NCBI RefSeq assembly: GCF_006345805.1
Contig: NC_042998.1
Coordinates: forward strand, 61,256,001-61,320,000
Source: Octopus sinensis
Lineage: Eukaryota
DNA length: 64,000 nucleotides
Direction of reading: 5' to 3'
Below, one piece after another: positions 39,906-54,880 of this stretch. The first letter of the stretch is position 1, and every line of letters begins with the position of its first letter. Under the pieces are notes generated by a model. The model had not been told where the DNA came from. It worked only from the letters and a program-made list of their open reading frames with translations, and searched no databases. A program made the translations under genes and the position numbers.

Positions 39906-42735
39906 GCAGGATAGCTGACCTTTATGATGGTACATACATACATACATACATACATGCATACGTACGGACGTATGGTTTTTATGTGTATATATATATAAGT
40001 TTTACAGATTTATATGTACGTACGTATGTATGTATGTATGTATGTATGTATGTATGTATGTATGTATGTATGTATGCATGCATGCATGCATGCATGTATG
40101 CCATTGTTCAGTTTTATTTCAAGTGTAGCAAGTCATAAAAGGCAGCAATATGATGTAATGGTTGTTTACCCGAACAAGTATAATTGTTGGTAATCTCATT
40201 GGTTAAAATTACTGCCCATATACAAATTCTAAACTTACGTCAAAGAAACCTTTCACAAAATATGGTTCTTAGAATTTGGATATGAACAGTTATAAAAAAT
40301 CCTGAGTTTTGGGAAATTACTCAGTGTTTGTAGGATGTTACTAAACTCCACGACACTCACTCATTGAGATATTAGCTATTTTTTATGCCATGTCTATGAT
40401 AAAAATCCAACAAGACTTATTTGAATTGTTGTGAACTCTAGTAGTTAGTATGAAGGATTAGCTAATGTGAATTTTAAGTCGTAAAGCACTATGACAAAAT
40501 GACTTTACTTTTCAATTGTACTATAAATGCTAAATGTACATAAATAAAATAATGTAGTAATTATTTTCTCTTACTTCACGTTCTTCAAATTGTTAATGAA
40601 ATTTATTTCTGCAATTATGAAACTGTGGTTAAAAAAACACAAATTTATTTATCTTCAACATACATGCATGCATAAAATGTCCATTAGCATTTCAAAGTAT
40701 ATATTTCTTGCTATGATATTTATGTAACTGGAGTCAGGATTTATGTATAATGATAACACTTATAAGTAAGTTATAAGTGACATGTTTATCAATATATATT
40801 CCTACTTCAAAGGTAAAATATATTTACCTATTCCCAAATAGGAAACATAAAAATATAGTGTTATGCAAACAGTAACCAAATCAGCAATAAAACAAGATTT
40901 CTTGCCAATAGAGAAAGAGTCGGTTTCTAACCAAGATCCAAGGTTCCTTCATTGGAATTTCAACAGGGTATTTTTGTTTGTTTGCTTGTATGTATATATG
41001 TGCAGATTTTTATGTTTTATGTATATATTCTGATGCATATAGTTGCATATCTAGATATTCTCATATGTATTTCAATGATAAACTTCTGGGAAGTTTTACA
41101 GATTTATACAGTTTCCATGATTGTATCTATAGTCATTGAAATGTATGTATGTATGTATTTGCAGACCTTTTAGTTTTCATTCACCAAATCTACTCATAAG
41201 GTTTTGTTTAGTCTAGGACTATACTAGAAGACACTTGCCCAAGTTGTCATTCAGTGGGACTGAACACAAAACTTTATGGCTGGGAAGCAATGGTTTTAAC
41301 CACACGGCCACACCTATGCCTGTTGTCACTCTTATGCCTTCACTGTTTACAAAGAAAAAGAAAATTAAGCTGAAAATAGGACTAGAGACATGTGAAGACA
41401 ATGGCACTGCTTGGCAAGATTGAACAAAGGAGAAATTGATAAAGAAAAATCTCTGCCACAAATGTCTGAGTGGCACAAGACTATGATATGAGGATAGATC
41501 ATGTAGTATATAATGAACAAGAGTACATAATACAAAAAAAAAAGATACAGTATCACCATCTGTTTATCATTGTAAATATATACGCATTGTTCAGAGGCAA
41601 AAACAATATATATTGGAGAGGGAGACAAGCATCATTACTGCAGTGGCTTATGGGACTGACTGGTGCATTTTTAGCACAAATCTGTGAAGAATCTATCTAA
41701 GACACACATATATGTACATACATATATATATGCAAGAGTGGTTGTGTGGTAAGAAGCTTGCTTCCTAACCACAAGGTTCCGAGTTCAGTCCCACTGTGTA
41801 GCATCTTGGGAAAGAGTCTTCTACTATAGCCTTGGGCTGGCCAAAGCCTTGTGAGTGGATTTGGTAGAAAGAAACTGAAAGAACCCCATTGTGTGTGTGT
41901 GTATATACGTATGTATGTATGTATGTATGTATGCATGTATGTGTGTGTGTATGTATTTGTGTGTCTGTGTTTGTCTCCCCACCACCATTGCTTGGTAACC
42001 GATGTTGGTACTTTTACTTCCCTGTAGCTTAGTGGTTCGACATTGAATTTCATAGTCTAGCATGTCTGTACTTCTCTGAACAAATAGACCATGATATTCG
42101 ATGTGGACATATTTGTGATATTTGTATGTAATCGTAGCTTTCCTGTGGGTATATATAAGTATCTCACTTATTTCCCTTAGTATGCCTGGCTGATGAGGAA
42201 AAATTATTAGACTAATCCAGAAATTGATCAATCCAAGGCTAATTATTTTATGAAATTCTGTGAACCTAGTCCCATGATTTCAACACATGTATAATATAAA
42301 AGTGATAATTTTAAGCGGTTTCACGATTTAGCATCTATTTTCAGCATAGGCATGGTCTCTTCTCTGCTCTTAATTATAATTGTATTTTATACTATTATAA
42401 ATCTCTATCTCTATATATATCTTTTAAATTTGTTAATGGGAAACATTTTGAACATGCAAATAAAGCTCCCATCCTATTATGCCTGCCTTAGTCTAATGAT
42501 ACTGACTGGTGAACCAGTTTTTGGCGGTTGCCTGAAATTGTACCGATATAATGTAGGATAAATATAATACCAATAACAATAATCCTAGGATGGAATTTAT
42601 AAGCATTTAATCCATTAAATGTTTCTAAATTTCATCCAAGGACTATTGTTATTATTACTACTCTCTCAATATATATATATTTCAGTTTTGGATTTGGTTT
42701 GCAAGATTCTTTATATGGGTTTGTGTGTTGAAGCA

Positions 42736-42961
42736 TATTCTGTTGTGTCTGGGGAGAGTCATTTTCTTTTTGTGTCTTATAATGTAACACATTCACCGGT
42801 AAAATTTCCACTTATTTCTTATTTTTATTTTCCTAAAATTTTCATTGCATCTTGCAACCTTTTCAAGAGCAAAATAAAAATAAGAAAAAAGTGGAAATTT
42901 TACCGGTGAGTGTGTTACATTATAAGGCCCAAAAAGAAAATTACTCTCCCCAGACACAACA

Positions 42962-42966
<5 letters not shown>
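42736..42966. mobile_element. MITE with ~95-bp terminal inverted repeats and TA at both ends
   Basis: tattctgttgtgtctggggagagt...caccggtaaaatttccactt pairs with aagtggaaattttaccggtg...actctccccagacacaacagaata. Confidence 0.8.
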
Positions 42967-43001
<35 letters not shown>

Positions 43002-44324
43002 ATGTGCTTTAGAGGGATATATTTATCTGGGCAGATACTGTAATAGCTCTCAGTTATGCTCAAGGTTATGGCTATCTGCTTCAATTAGTATTTAATGTCT
43101 CTGACTTCTATGAGTAGTCATTCATGCAGTAAATTCCACCATTGGGTAATTCCATGTTTGCTTCTCTGGATGTTAATATTATCTGAAGTATATATTAGCA
43201 ATAATTATAATGATATGGAATTTAGAAACTGGTACATCTTCAACATTTATTCCTTTTTACAACCTACACGTGTTTCCACTGCATTTGGGCATGATTTTCT
43301 GTGCAGATTTGTTGAAGGTCTGTCCAGCAGCTAGCTTCAAAGTGAACTGAATACAGTTAGTTGCTTGTTGGTTAAGATTCAGGAGTAAATGAGGGGAGCT
43401 TGTTTTGAATCTGAAATCTGATCTTTTTGTAAGCTTGTAAAGTTGACCATGGTTTCACACCAGATGCTGCTCGAAGTCAGGATTCTATCTAAATAGGTTA
43501 AAATTTATGTTACTGTTTTGACAGGCCTCATTGTGTATTGTAGTAGTTGGTTACTTAATAACATTATTTTCTAGTGTAGTTCATGTAATGTAACGTTTTT
43601 AGTTATATATTTTTGTGGCTGTGAAAATTATGCTGGGGGTTTTGCAAACAACCTGCACATGCAAGTGCTACCAGCCGAGAACTCTGCATACCACAATCCA
43701 GCAAGTGTATGGGGTCATCAGGAGAGAATGCGCACCATTTCAGTGCCTACCTCTTGACAGCATCAATGTGCACTGGTCCCACTCACTGATATGAGGCCCC
43801 ACTTGCTAGATCAACTGGTTATTAAATAAAGCTCAATATTCTTATAGACATCGCTCATCGTCTCTTTTTAACCAAATCCAGTGGCTAGCCTTTTCCACTG
43901 TAGTTTGGTATTTTCTTTACAGTGAGTTAGGTCTAGCAATAACAACAGTTGTCTCACATTGTGTCCAACAAACCTGAACAGGTGGCACATAAAAAGCACC
44001 CAGTACACTCTTGGAAAATTAAAATGACCTTCCTGAAATATAACATTATCTGTTTCAACACACAATTTCACATCAGTTATCTTGAAACACAAATTCATAA
44101 ACATACACACATAGCAGTCATTTTCATAACACCTACACGTGTTTCAATGTCTACCTTCATTCATGTTTTACAATAAAATAAATTGCATTATGAATTTAGA
44201 AAGTAAAAATTTCTTCAAAAGAAAAATTCTTGCCAGAAAGAGATTTTTACCTTCTAAATTCATGATGCCATTTTTAACTGTAAAATATGAATGAAGGTAG
44301 ATATTCTTTTCTATTCTAGGAACA

Positions 44325-44525
44325 AGACCTGAAATTTTAGGGGAGGGGGACCAGTTGATTAGGTTGATCCCAGTATGCAACTGGTACTTAATTTATTGAC
44401 CCCGAAAGGATGAAAGGTAAAGTTGACCTCGGCAGAATTTGAACTCAGAACATAAAGACAGACGAAATACCATTAAGCATTTTGCCTGGCCTGCTAATGT
44501 TTCTGCCAGCTCACTGCCTTAAATG
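44325..44525 (+). mobile_element. Second SINE-like family, with copies at ~21610-21850, 22540-22750, 22790-22990, and 48620-49030 (-, tandem pair)
   Basis: Shared caactggtactta.ttt..tgacccc.aaag.atgaaagg.aaagttgacct.ggc.gaatttgaactcagaac core. Confidence 0.7.
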
Positions 44526-44769
44526 AAGGTAGATATTGAAACATGTGTAGGCATTATGAAATTGACAACTATGTAAATAAATTGATTTTGCTGTGTTCAA
44601 GCACTCCATTTTTTTAATATCATATTACTAAAATTCTCTTCTCATATATCTAAAAGATGAAAACACTAATCAATATAGAGATAAACCAGTGGACACTTGG
44701 ATGTAAGACATCCTTAGATAGAGCAATTTTTTCTATACAGAACTATATATATATATATATATACATATA

Positions 44770-46390
44770 TAGGAATTCGAGATGGATTGCCCCTGGGAGC
44801 TCCTCTATGCTGATGACCTAGCCCTCGTAGCAGAATCACTACAAATTTCGTTTGTGGAAGCTAGGTTTAGAATCAAAAGGCCTTAGAGTCAATGTAGCAA
44901 AGACCAAAGTTCTAGTGAGTAGGAAGGCAAACTCACCACACACACCCTTAGGTAGGTGGCCCTGCTCGATCTGTAGAAAAGGTGTAGGTAGAAACTCCAG
45001 AAGATGTACCCAGTGTAAGCTATGGACACAAAAGAGGCACAGCAACATCAAAGGAAAATTAACTGAGAAGATAGCTTTCATGTATGGCACTCAAAAAACA
45101 GATTCCATTACACTCCAGGGGAAGAAACTAGAAGTAGTTGATAGTTTCTGCTGCCTAGTTAGTAGTGGGGGGTGGATGGTCAGAGAGTGTTACCACTAGA
45201 ATAAGAATAGCTCGGGCAAAGTTTAGAAAGCTTCTTCCCCTACTGGCGACAAAGGGTCTCTCACTCAAAGTGAAAGGTAGATTGTACAACACATGTGTGA
45301 AAATTGCCATGCTTCAAGGCAGTGAAACATGGGCTGTGACTGCAGACGACATGTGTAGGCTCAAAAGAAATGAAGCTAGCATGATTCGCTGGATGTGTAA
45401 TGTCAGTGTCCATGCACGTCAGAGTGTAAACGTCTTGAGAGAAATGTTTGACGTAAGAAGCATCGGATGTGGCATGCAGGAGAGACATTTGCGTTGGTAT
45501 GGTCATGTACTACAGATGGATGAGGAGAGATGTGTGAAGAAGTGCCACTCCCAAACTGTTGAAGGAAACCGGGGTAGAGGTAGACCCAGGAAAACATGGG
45601 ATGAGGTGTTCAAGCATGACCTTTGTACGTTGGGCCTCACAGAGGCAATGATGAAAGATCAAGACCTCTGGAGATATGCTGTGATTTCAAAGACCCAACA
45701 AATGAAGTGAGTTCATGGTTTGCAGGATGGCCTTCTGTGCTAACCTTGGTTCGTAGGGTGACCTGCTATGCTTGAGTCAAGTACATCAACATCAAAATAA
45801 AAATCAAATGGATATTGTAGTTGTGATACCCATGCTGGTGGCACATTGGACCTCACAGAGGAAATGACGAAAGACTGAGACCTCTGAGATATGCTGTGAC
45901 TGCTAAGACCCGACAAATGAAGTGAGTTCATGGCACACAGGATGGCCTACTGTGCTAACTTTGGATCGTAAAGTGACCCGCTGCTCTTGAGGAGACCTAT
46001 TGAGTCAAGTACGTCAACACCAACATCAAAATAAAAATCAAATGGAAATTGTAGTTAAGATTCCTATGCTGCTGGCACGTAAAAAGCACCATCTGAACAT
46101 GGCTAATGCCAGTGCCGCCTGACTGGCATCTGTGTCGGTGATATGTAAAAAGCACCAGCCGATCGTGGCCGTTTGCCAGCCACCTTTGGCTCCTGTGCCA
46201 GTGGTACATAAAAAGCACCCACTACACTCAAGGAGTGGTTGGCTTTAGGAAGGGCATCCAGCTGTAGAAACATTGCCAAACCAGACTGGAGCCTGGTGCA
46301 GCCTCCTGGCTTCCCAGACCCCGGTCGAACTGTCCAACTCATGCTAGCATGGAAAATGGACGTTAAACAGTGATGATGATGATGATGATA
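44770..46390 (+). mobile_element. 5'-truncated RTE LINE of the same family as 51257-54880, with a ~215-bp tandem duplication in its 3' UTR
   Basis: PWELLYADDL, LRVNVAKTKVL, GSETWAVT and GRGRPRKTW. Block aagaccc(a/g)acaaatgaagtgagttcatgg...caacatcaaaataaaaatcaaatgg occurs twice (45690-45810 and 45905-46045). Ends in (gat)n. Confidence 0.9.
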
Positions 46391-49300
46391 TATGATGAGC
46401 TTCTGTCAATTTCCATTTACCAAATTTACTCACACATGAAAAACTTTTCTTTCATTGTGTTAAACAAACAGTACTGCCCACTCCAAAAAAAAAGAGAAGA
46501 AAAAAGTAAGTAATATATTGCCTCAGTGCCTTGTGTCATAATTTTTATGTGACAGAATTTTCCAAACGGTTATTAAATTTTAAATCTATGGATTTATTTT
46601 GAAATATACATTCATAGAGTTTTTTTTTTTGGTAGAAAAATGAGCAATGATCACTGAAAATCGATTCTGGCTGAGATGCATTAGATCATAGGTTTCTGTC
46701 TGGCCAAGATTGGCCTTGGGCTAAACAACATCTGCATTTACTCAGAAATTTACTTTTTGCCTAATGGTGGTTATTTAAGTGCAGGTTAACACTCGCAGCT
46801 TCTATGCCCTGATTCTAGCATCTGAAAGCTCTGTTTTACTCTGGTATTATCATTATCCTGGTCAATATTTGTTAGGGTGTCAGGAGCAATGCCCAGATAG
46901 ATACCTGCAAAAGACACAAAAACAAGAACTAATAGCACCAACATTAGCAGTAATATAAATATAATAAAGAAACTTTATCAGTAGAGAAATAAGCATTGTT
47001 AAGAAACATGAAAAGTATAAGACATTGTTCTCAGTTTTTAAAGATGTTGATAAAAATATCAGAGGTTGAAAGAAAGGATGAAGGTGGAGAAGAAATTAAA
47101 GATAAATTAAAAATTACTTTGGGGAAAATTTTTGGTAAACAAATGGAAGGAAAAGTGTTTGTGTAGGCAAAAGTGTATCAGAGCCAAAAGAATCAACATA
47201 GATCGTTAACAGTTACACCATTTGCTCCTAACATTGAAGATCACCTGATAACATCACATGATCAATTCCTGAAAAGGGCATATGTAATGCCTCTCATTCT
47301 CTGGCTATTTAATATTTATAACATATCAACATGTAGACAGCAGCAGGGATTGGACTACCAAACAATACTAGTAATATTGGCTGCAGCAGGACCAATGAAA
47401 TACGAATATGATACCAGAATAATCTCAGCTACACAAAATGCAAAATATAATATTGTCAGATAGACATCATATATTATAAAACACACTAGCTATAAACATG
47501 AACTAGGGTTCATGACTCATAGGAAATTTTGCTCTGGATCAAGGCCACAGTTTTATAGAGAAGTTGATAATGGAGAGGTCTGAAAGGAAACCAAGCAATG
47601 AAAAGAATTTTAGTTAACAGGAAAGAAGACAGGAGTCACCAACATCTGGACCTTACATCTACAACAGTTAGGTCCTGAAGGAATCACTGCATCAATCAGT
47701 ATCTTTATCATCTGGGGAGTTATCATATTTGACATGCAAGAAAGGTGGGTGGGGGTGGGGATAGGAATTCTATATGGTGTACCCATTATACATTAGAGGT
47801 ATAGTTGGATCAGAAGTAGATTGACAGAGAGAAAACACTTTGTATGTAACATTTTAGTTAGAGAAAAAAAAGTTAAGTGAAGAATGCACTGAAAGCTATT
47901 ATGTTCACTGGCAACTAAGGGATTCCATGCCTAGATGAAAAGTAGATTGTATGATGTGTATTTGTAAAGTGTAATGTTGCACTGAATCTGGAGGATGTAT
48001 AAAAACTGACAAGAAATAAGGTAAGCATACTTCACTAGAAGTATGTTAGTGTGAAGGAAAGCTGGAGCAAAGATGAGCAGGAAGAAAATGTGGATCTCAG
48101 AAGAATAAGAGATAGTGTACAAAAGAGATGGTACAGATATAGAAGGAATATGGAAGATAAAGGTTCCAAGTGGAAAGAACCTATAGAAAACGATGGCGGA
48201 AAAGCATAGCAAAAGTTAATCACAACAGTTATGCTGGAGTAGTTGTCTAAGACTGACAAACATAGAAAAATGAACATTAAGACGATGATGATAATCATGG
48301 ACTGTTGTTGGTGAATTGATTTTACCCTAGTATATGACTGGTACATTCTGTATCAATTTCAAAAGCATAACAAGTCGACAATGTCATAGATAATGCCCTC
48401 TCATAATTTCGATAAATCATTGATATAAGCTGATTGAGAAAATACTGTATTGATTCCCTGTGTCAAGGGTCAGCAGTTCAAATCTAACCCCAGCACTGCT
48501 CTCTGTCCCTGATAAACACAACTCTCTATAGTGCAGTCTACCTAGATGTAGATAGGTACAATAGGGAGGTACATGATATTGATGTAAATAATAAGAACAT
48601 TGTATAAATAATATTTTATGTTATAAAGGCAGTGAGCTGGCAGAATCATTAGCACGCCAGATGAAATGATTAGCAGTATTTCGTCTGCCGCTACATTCTG
48701 AATTCAAATTCCGCCGAGGTCGACTTTTCCTTTCATCCTTTCAGGGTTGATTAAATAAGTAACAGTTATGCACTGGGGTCGATATAATCAACTTAATCTG
48801 TTTGTCTGTCCTTGTTTGGTTTATCCTCTCTGTGTTTAGCCCCTTGTGGGTAGTAAAGAAATAGGTATTTCATCTGCCATTATGTTTTGAGTTAAAGTAG
48901 TGCCGAGGTCAACTTTGTCTTTCATCTTTTCAGGGTCAATTAAATAAATAACAGTTACGCACTGAGGTTGATGTAATTGACTTAATCCCTGTGTCTGTCC
49001 TTGTTTGTCCCTTCTATGTTTAGCACCCTGTGGGCAATAAGGAAATAAATACTGTATGCTATTATACTTTCAGACAAGGAGAAATGCTATATTGCGATCT
49101 TCATGCCTTTCTAGATTGCATTTTAATGTAGAGGGGAGTGAAAGAAAATCAAGCTGAGTTTACATCAGTTAGGATAATTATTTTATAACTGGTGTTTCAT
49201 TAAATGAAAGGAATCCATCCATGAACATACGTGGCACTCCATCGGTTATAATGACAAGGGTTCCAGTTGATGCCATCAATGGAACAGCCTGCTTGTGAAA

Positions 49301-50869
49301 TTAACATGCAAGTGGCTGAGCACTCCACAGACACACATACCCATGATGTAGTTCTCGGCAAGATTCAGCATGGCACAGAGTGTGACAAGGCTAGTCCTTT
49401 GAAATACAGGTACAAGAGAAACAGGAAGAAAGAATGAGAGAAAGTTGTGGTGAAAGAGTACAGCAGGAGTCACCAGCACCCCCTGCCAGAGGCTCGTGGA
49501 GCTTTAAGTGATTTCGCTCAATAAACACTCACAACACCTGGTCTGGGAATCAAACCTGTGATCCTACGACTGCTGACCTAACCACTGGGCCATTGCACCT
49601 CCACACCCATGAATATAATCAATACTAGAAACTACAAGTTGATCTGGGAGTAAAGAACAACAATAAATAGAGAGAACCAGACTGGACAGGGCAGATACAG
49701 CAACATTTCGCCACATACAATTAATCACCGCATGTCAGGGAAGTGTGGACTTCAACAAGATGAAGACATGCTGTGTCTGCTTCTATGGATCAGTGATTTA
49801 CATCTGTTCTCATTTGGTTAGCTACATGTGTACAATATATTACTTGATCGAGGTTGGGTGCTGTGGCTATACAACTACAACAAGCACAACAGTACTGAAA
49901 ATAAAAGAGCAGTTGAATATAAAGTGGATGTAGTTTGTTGTTTGTGTGAAGATCCAACACACATTACACCTACCACTTTCACACCCAGACACATCTATAA
50001 CTTCCCAGAATGTTCCTACAACAGAAAGTAACATTTACACACCAAACCAATAGCTTTATTGTCTATGTCCACCTTGACCACCACTTATTCCTGGGATATA
50101 CACTAACAGAAGAAAATACTAAAGACAGATATCTATGATCTTCTGGCTATGTCCACCATGACCAACTCCTCTTTAGTTACCAACAAAACAACAGACTGGA
50201 CAGTAGAAGATATGTTGTTCCATCACTGCCAACCAGCAGCCCATACAATAGGCTAATGCAGGATGAGGCAGTGAGGCAGCCTTCACGTGATCACTTTAGC
50301 TATGAGATATAGCAGCTAAATTTCACTCAAAATACACCCTAACGTGCTATAAACAATACATTTGATAAAATGCTCCCACAAACAAGTCAGGTGTTTCACA
50401 CTTAGAAGACTTTTTATCATATGTCTGCCAGATGACGATAGACACTGGCTAAATAACACTAACTTATCGACAAACTCAGAAAAAAGGTAAAACAAACAAA
50501 AACATTACCATTAACTCACCTGCTTACACCAACACAACAGTGTATTTCAGTTTCCAATTCCAAAAGAAAATATCAACTGTATTGTCCACTCGCTTCCTAA
50601 CCCCCAATGAAGAATAACAGACCACTCATGAATAGATAAAAGTTAAGAATCTTTCTTTCAACCTCGCTTCTTCTACCTACTATCTTTGCACATATCATTA
50701 TTATTCCTTCATTATTCTCTCATTATTCTTTCAGTATTCTCTCATTACTCTGTCTAGTTCAGTAACATGCCATTCATGTAAATATGCTTTTCATTTAGTC
50801 TTGTCTTCCTGTTGCTCCTGAAGATAACCTTATATTCATTGATTCACTTAACTACTAAAGTCTTAACAC

Positions 50870-53800
50870 TCAGCCACTTATCTTTCTCCTAAAATTTGTC
50901 TTTCTCAGATTTTTTAAACCTACTTTCTTGGTCTCATGATTAACAGAACCTCTTCCTAGTTCATGGTGCTCCCGCACTCCCACCCCCTCCACACATGTCT
51001 CCCACCCCTCCACACATGCCTCCCACCCCCTCCACACATGCCGGAAGTTCCTATTCTTTGCCATCCTTGGGTTGCTCCCCATGAAGACTGCAAAAGCCCT
51101 TTCGCCATCCCCACTCCTAGTCCCGGCCTATCTCCTATGTAAGGTAATGTTCATACAGTGCAAAATATGAAAGGGTTGTGTTATGCAGGTTGAACTGAAG
51201 GCTACTGTATTGCTTGCTCATGAATTCTGCCAAATGCGAGTTTTCTTTTCAGGTACATGAAGCTACTGTCCGCCATCCCAGGGTCTCTAGAGCCCATAAC
51301 CTCCCACACCCTCAGGGTTGGCACCCTCAACGTTGGCACACTGAAAGGCAGGTCTGGCGAGATAGTCAAGATGCTTGAACGGAGATGTGTTGATATATGT
51401 TGCATCCAAGAAGTAAGGTGGAGAGGAGGTTCTGCTAGGTTCCTCACAGGCAAAGAACACAGGTACAAGATTTTCTGGGCAGGGAACACTGACGGGGTTG
51501 GGGGCATGGGTATACTTCTTGCTGAAAAATGGGTAGATAAGGTAATTGAGGTAATCAGAGTATGTGACAGAATACTTAAGATTGGATTAGTGCTTCATCA
51601 TGGATTAGCAACCATTATATTGGCCTATGCTCCTCAGCCGGGGCTACCCAATAGACAGAAAGACCGATTATATGACACTCTACTGCAGACTACCTCGTTG
51701 ACGAATGACAGAGACTTTCTCTTTGTGGCTGGTGACTTCAATGGTCACATTGGACGACATGCTGGGGGCTTCCATGGTGTACATGGAGGCTATGGTTATG
51801 GTTCCCACACCAAGGAGGGAACCAGGCTGCTGGAGTTCTGCGATGCAAATGATCTTATGGTTTGCAACACTAACTTCAGGAAACCTACCAGCCACCTAGT
51901 CACCTACTGATCGGGCCGACATACCAGCCAAATTGACTACATCCTTGCCAGGAAAAGGGAAAGATAGCTGCTTATAAATGCCAAAACCTTCCCAGGCGAA
52001 GAATGTACCCCGAAACATAGACTGGTTGTTAGTAACTTTAGGATCAGGACTAAGAGGACGACCAGAAGACGACCAGCATGGAGAAGAAGGATCTGGAAGC
52101 TTAAAGATCCTGCGAATGGACAGAGACTTAGAGACATGTTACTTGAAGCCTTTGACAAAGTAGAATGGGATATAGCTTCACATGGGGTAGAAGACAACTG
52201 GAGGTCTCTAAGGGATAACCTGCTGAGAACCACGGACCAGATCTGTGGCTGGTGCAAAGTCCCCTCTCGACCCAAAATAACGTGGTGGTGGCACAATGTT
52301 TTAGACAGGGCTATTAGAGAAAAGAGACAGGCTTGGAAGGACTGGAAGAATGGTGGTAGCAGGGAATTGTATCAGACTGCCAAAAGAGAAGCTAGGAGAC
52401 AGGTCTATTTAGCCAGAGGGGAAGCAGATAAGAAAAAATTTGCCAATGTTCTGCGCCATGAGGACCAAAGACTTGAGGTGTCTCATGTTGCAAGACAGTG
52501 TGTGAGAGAGAATCGTGATGTGATAGGAGAAAAATGTGTTTGCATGGATGATGGATCACTTGCGCTAAATGAGGATGCAAAGAGAGAGGTTTGGAGACAC
52601 CACTATGAAAGGTTGCTGAATAAAGAAAATGAATGGGATAAAGAGAGTCTGCCGAATGTCGACCCAACAGAGGGAACAGCTATCCAAGATGACAGTTCCT
52701 TGGTAGTTAAGGCAATTAGAAGCATGAAGACAGGGAAAGCACCAGGCCCATCAGGAATCACTGCAGAGATGCTTAAAATATCTGGTAGTGTCAGCTATAG
52801 CCTAGTCACCCATATAGTTAATCAGGTGATACACGGAGTCATACCCAATGACTGGTATAGTACCATAATAGTCAACTGCTACAAAGGTAAAGGTGATGCC
52901 CTAGATACAAATAATTACAGAGGTATCAAGCTGTTGGATCAGGTAATGAAGGTTACGGAGAGGGTCATAGCCCAACTAATTAGAGAGAGAGTTAGTTTAG
53001 ATGAGATGCAGTTTGGGTTCGTGCCAGGAAAAAGGACCACTGATGCTATATTCCTGGTAAGGCAGCTGCAGGAGAAATACCTAGCCAAAGATAAGCCCCT
53101 GTACCTGGCTTTTGTTGACATGGAGAAAGCCTTTGACAGGGTACCCTGATCCCTTATCTGGTGGTCAATGGGGAAACTAGGGATAGATGAATGGTTAGTG
53201 AGCACTGTGCGAGCCATGTACAGGGACGCCACTAGTAAGGTGAGGGTTGGCAACGAGTACAGTGAAGAAAACCGGGTAGAGGTAGGGGTCTACCAAGGCT
53301 CAATCCTCAGCCCCCTCCTATTTATCATAGTTCTCCAGGCAATAATGGAGGAATTCAAGACAGGATGCCCCTGGGAGCTCCTCTATGCTAATGACCTTGC
53401 TCTAATTGCTGAGTCACTATCAGAACTGGAGGAGAAGTTTCAGGTGTGGAAGCAAGGATTAGAATCGAAGGGCCTTAGAGTCAATCTAGCTAAAACCAAA
53501 GTCCTAATAAGTAGGAAGGTGGACAAATCACAAACGCCTTCAGGTCGATGGCCCTGCTCAATCTGGAGAAAAAGTGTAGGTAGAAACTCTATAAGATGCA
53601 CCAAGTGTAAGCTATGGACACATAAGAGGTGCAGCAATGTCAAAGGAAGGCTAACTAGGAAGATAGATTTTGTATGAGGCAGATGCTCAGGAGCAATAAA
53701 CACTGAAAAATACACTGAGACCAACTTCTGTCGCATTCCAGGGAGAAAAACTATAAATAGTTGATAGCTTCCATTACCTAGGCAACCAAGTCAGTAGCGG

Positions 53801-54880
53801 GGGCGGGTGTGCTGAAAGTGTAACTGCTAGAGTAAGAATAGCTTGGGCAAAGTTCAGAGAGCTCTTACCTCTGCTGGTGACAAAAGGCCTCTCGCTCAGA
53901 GTAAAAGGCAGACTGTATGACGCATGTGTACGAACAGCCATGCTACATGGCAGTGAAACATAGGCCGTGACTGCTGAGGATATGCGTAAGCTTGCAAGAA
54001 ATGAAGCCAGTATGCTCCAATGGATGTGTAATGTCAGTGTTCATACTCGACAGAGTGTAAGTACCTTGAGAGAAAAGCTGGACCTAAGAAGCATCAGTTG
54101 TGGTGTGCAAGAGAGACGTTTGCGCTGGTATGGTCATATGGTGAGAATGGATGAAGATAGTTGTGTGAAAAAGTGCCACAACCTAGCGGTTGAGGGAACC
54201 TGTGGAAGAGGCAGACCCAGGAAAACCTGGGATGAGGTGGTGAAGCACGACCTTTGAACTTTAGGTCTCACCGAGGAAATGACTAGAGACCGAGACCTTT
54301 GGAAGTATGCTGTGCATGAGAAGTCTCGGCAGGACAAGTGAGGCCATAACCCGTGGCCTCTACATGGGGTGTAGCCAGTCCACTTATGCATACCTTTCCT
54401 TCATGGGACACAAAACTCTACTTGTGAAGACCTGTTGAGGCAAGTGAAAATCGAAATCGATCAAAATCAATGGAAATCGCAGCTGTGATACCAGTGCCGG
54501 TGGTACATAAGAGAACAATCCGAATGTGGCCATTGCCAGTGCCACCCCGACTGGCCTCGTGCCGGTGGCACGTAAAAAGCACTATCCGATCATGGCCGTT
54601 GCCAGCCTCGCCTGGCAACATGCCGGTGGCACGTAAATAGAAACATCCGATCGTGGCCTTTTGCCAGCCTCGTCTGGCACCTATGCCGGTGGCACGTAAA
54701 AAGCACCCACTACACTCATGGAGTGGTTGGCATTAGGAAGGACATCCAGCTGTAGAAACATTGCCAGATCAAACTGGGCCTGGTGCAGCCTTCTGGCTTC
54801 CCAGACTCTAGTTGAACTGTCCAACACATGCTGGCATGGAAAGCGGACGCTAACTGATGATGATGATGATGATGATGATT
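50870..54880 (+). mobile_element. Near full-length but inactivated RTE-clade LINE (APE endonuclease and RT) with a long 3' tail
   Basis: LRVGTLNVGTL, DICCIQEVRW, AGDFNGH, GKAPGPSG, NYRGIKLL, AFVDMEKAFD and LLYANDL across ORFs 51257-51910, 52136-53149, 53168-53677 and 53967-54257, separated by stops and frameshifts. 20-bp tandem repeats at ~50985-51040. Tail ends in (gat)n. The 5' boundary is approximate. Confidence 0.92.

Noticed and set aside
48035-48346. Hydrophobic 103-aa minus-strand ORF resembling a membrane protein
   Set aside because: It is the antisense of purine-rich decayed sequence, where T-rich codons give hydrophobic residues by chance. No family motif.
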